Shown here: positions 58,168-58,759 of the stretch, piece by piece
How the letters are laid out: each line of letters starts with the position of its first letter
Position numbering within the stretch: the stretch's first letter is position 1
Assembly (NCBI GenBank): GCA_012862495.1
Contig: BLSG01000180.1
Location: 1 to 58,759 of the forward strand
DNA from: Thraustochytrium aureum
Taxonomy: Eukaryota
Length of the DNA stretch: 58,759 nt
Direction of reading: 5' to 3'
The notes under the pieces: model-generated
Seen by the model: the letters and a program-made list of their open reading frames with translations, nothing else
The model's database searches: none
What the model was told of the DNA's origin: nothing
Program-made: the position numbers and the translations under genes

Positions 58168-58759
58168 TTAATTCTTTGCGAGGTCGCTAGTTGTTTGCGC
58201 GCCCGCTTCGCACGGCGTTCCCGGACTGACTGTAGCAGTCATCCTACTTGGGGATATCTCTGGTGCGAGGACCGGTGCCAGCTTGGCGTGCGCTGCGAAC
58301 ACGCGCGAACCAGCAACAAGGGCAACCGTGACGATAGTGGACAAGGCGACGCAAACAACGACAGCCACCGTCTTTTCCGCGACGCTGAGGCCGTCGAGCG
58401 TCGAGATGGCAAGCGAGAAAGTGGTCGCCGTCGCCGCATTGTAGGTGCTGAAGAACATGAACTTGGCCTCGCTGAAGATCAGTCCGGAAAAGTGGCGCGT
58501 CTGCTGCGCGAGGACGCCGGAAATGGCCATGACCATATATGCGACAAAGCGCACGACAAGGAGCAGGTTGCCTTCCGAGGGGCATGTTCTCTCTGTGACT
58601 CCGTAGATGTCGTTCGCGATAGACTCGACCGGCTCAAAACCAGCCACAAAAGCCCAAAGCCCGAACCAGAACGAGCCACAAGCTGTGAGGAGCGTCACGG
58701 GAAAGCGCAGCGGGGTTAGAGGTTTGGTCGATCTGCGCTGGTCAATGTGGTACTTGTAG
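58168..58759 (-). CDS. C-terminal part of a class C (GABA-B/Grl-like) 7TM GPCR; continues beyond the window
   Basis: The frame is open to the window edge. LAQQTRHFSGLIFSEAKFMFFSTYN matches the class C TM5-ICL3-TM6 pattern, with an ECL2 Cys before TM5. Confidence 0.7.
   Translation of the reverse strand, partial: YKYHIDQRRSTKPLTPLRFPVTLLTACGSFWFGLWAFVAGFEPVESIANDIYGVTERTCPSEGNLLLVVRFVAYMVMAISGVLAQQTRHFSGLIFSEAKFMFFSTYNAATATTFSLAISTLDGLSVAEKTVAVVVCVALSTIVTVALVAGSRVFAAHAKLAPVLAPEISPSRMTATVSPGTPCEAGAQTTSDLAKN

Overview
High-GC, gene-dense, intron-poor eukaryotic nuclear DNA with short GT-AG introns, many N-gaps and frequent single-base (mostly homopolymer) indels that split real genes. The gene set suggests a protist, possibly a stramenopile such as a thraustochytrid; that assignment is inference. 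Recognisable genes: RPE, glutaredoxin, MOG1, AP-4 mu, DUF1295, a chalcone-isomerase-fold protein, a COX7C-like subunit missed by the ORF track, GPAA1, a RING/RBR-type E3, an R2R3-type Myb factor, malic enzyme, a class C-like GPCR fragment and several surface proteins. The standout is a >2000-aa minus-strand gene at 209->6381. It encodes a circularly permuted superfamily-2 helicase (Walker A placed after motif VI) fused to a C-terminal TAGT/JGT-type glycosyltransferase. This is the GREB1-like architecture and points to a possible base-J-like DNA-glycosylation system outside kinetoplastids and animals. Also notable: a TSET TCUP/TML-like adaptor, a CHASE-like hybrid histidine kinase, an unusual RING-Rcat-SWIM E3, and two motif-rich divergent promoters. 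All family calls come from motif recognition by eye; no database search was run.
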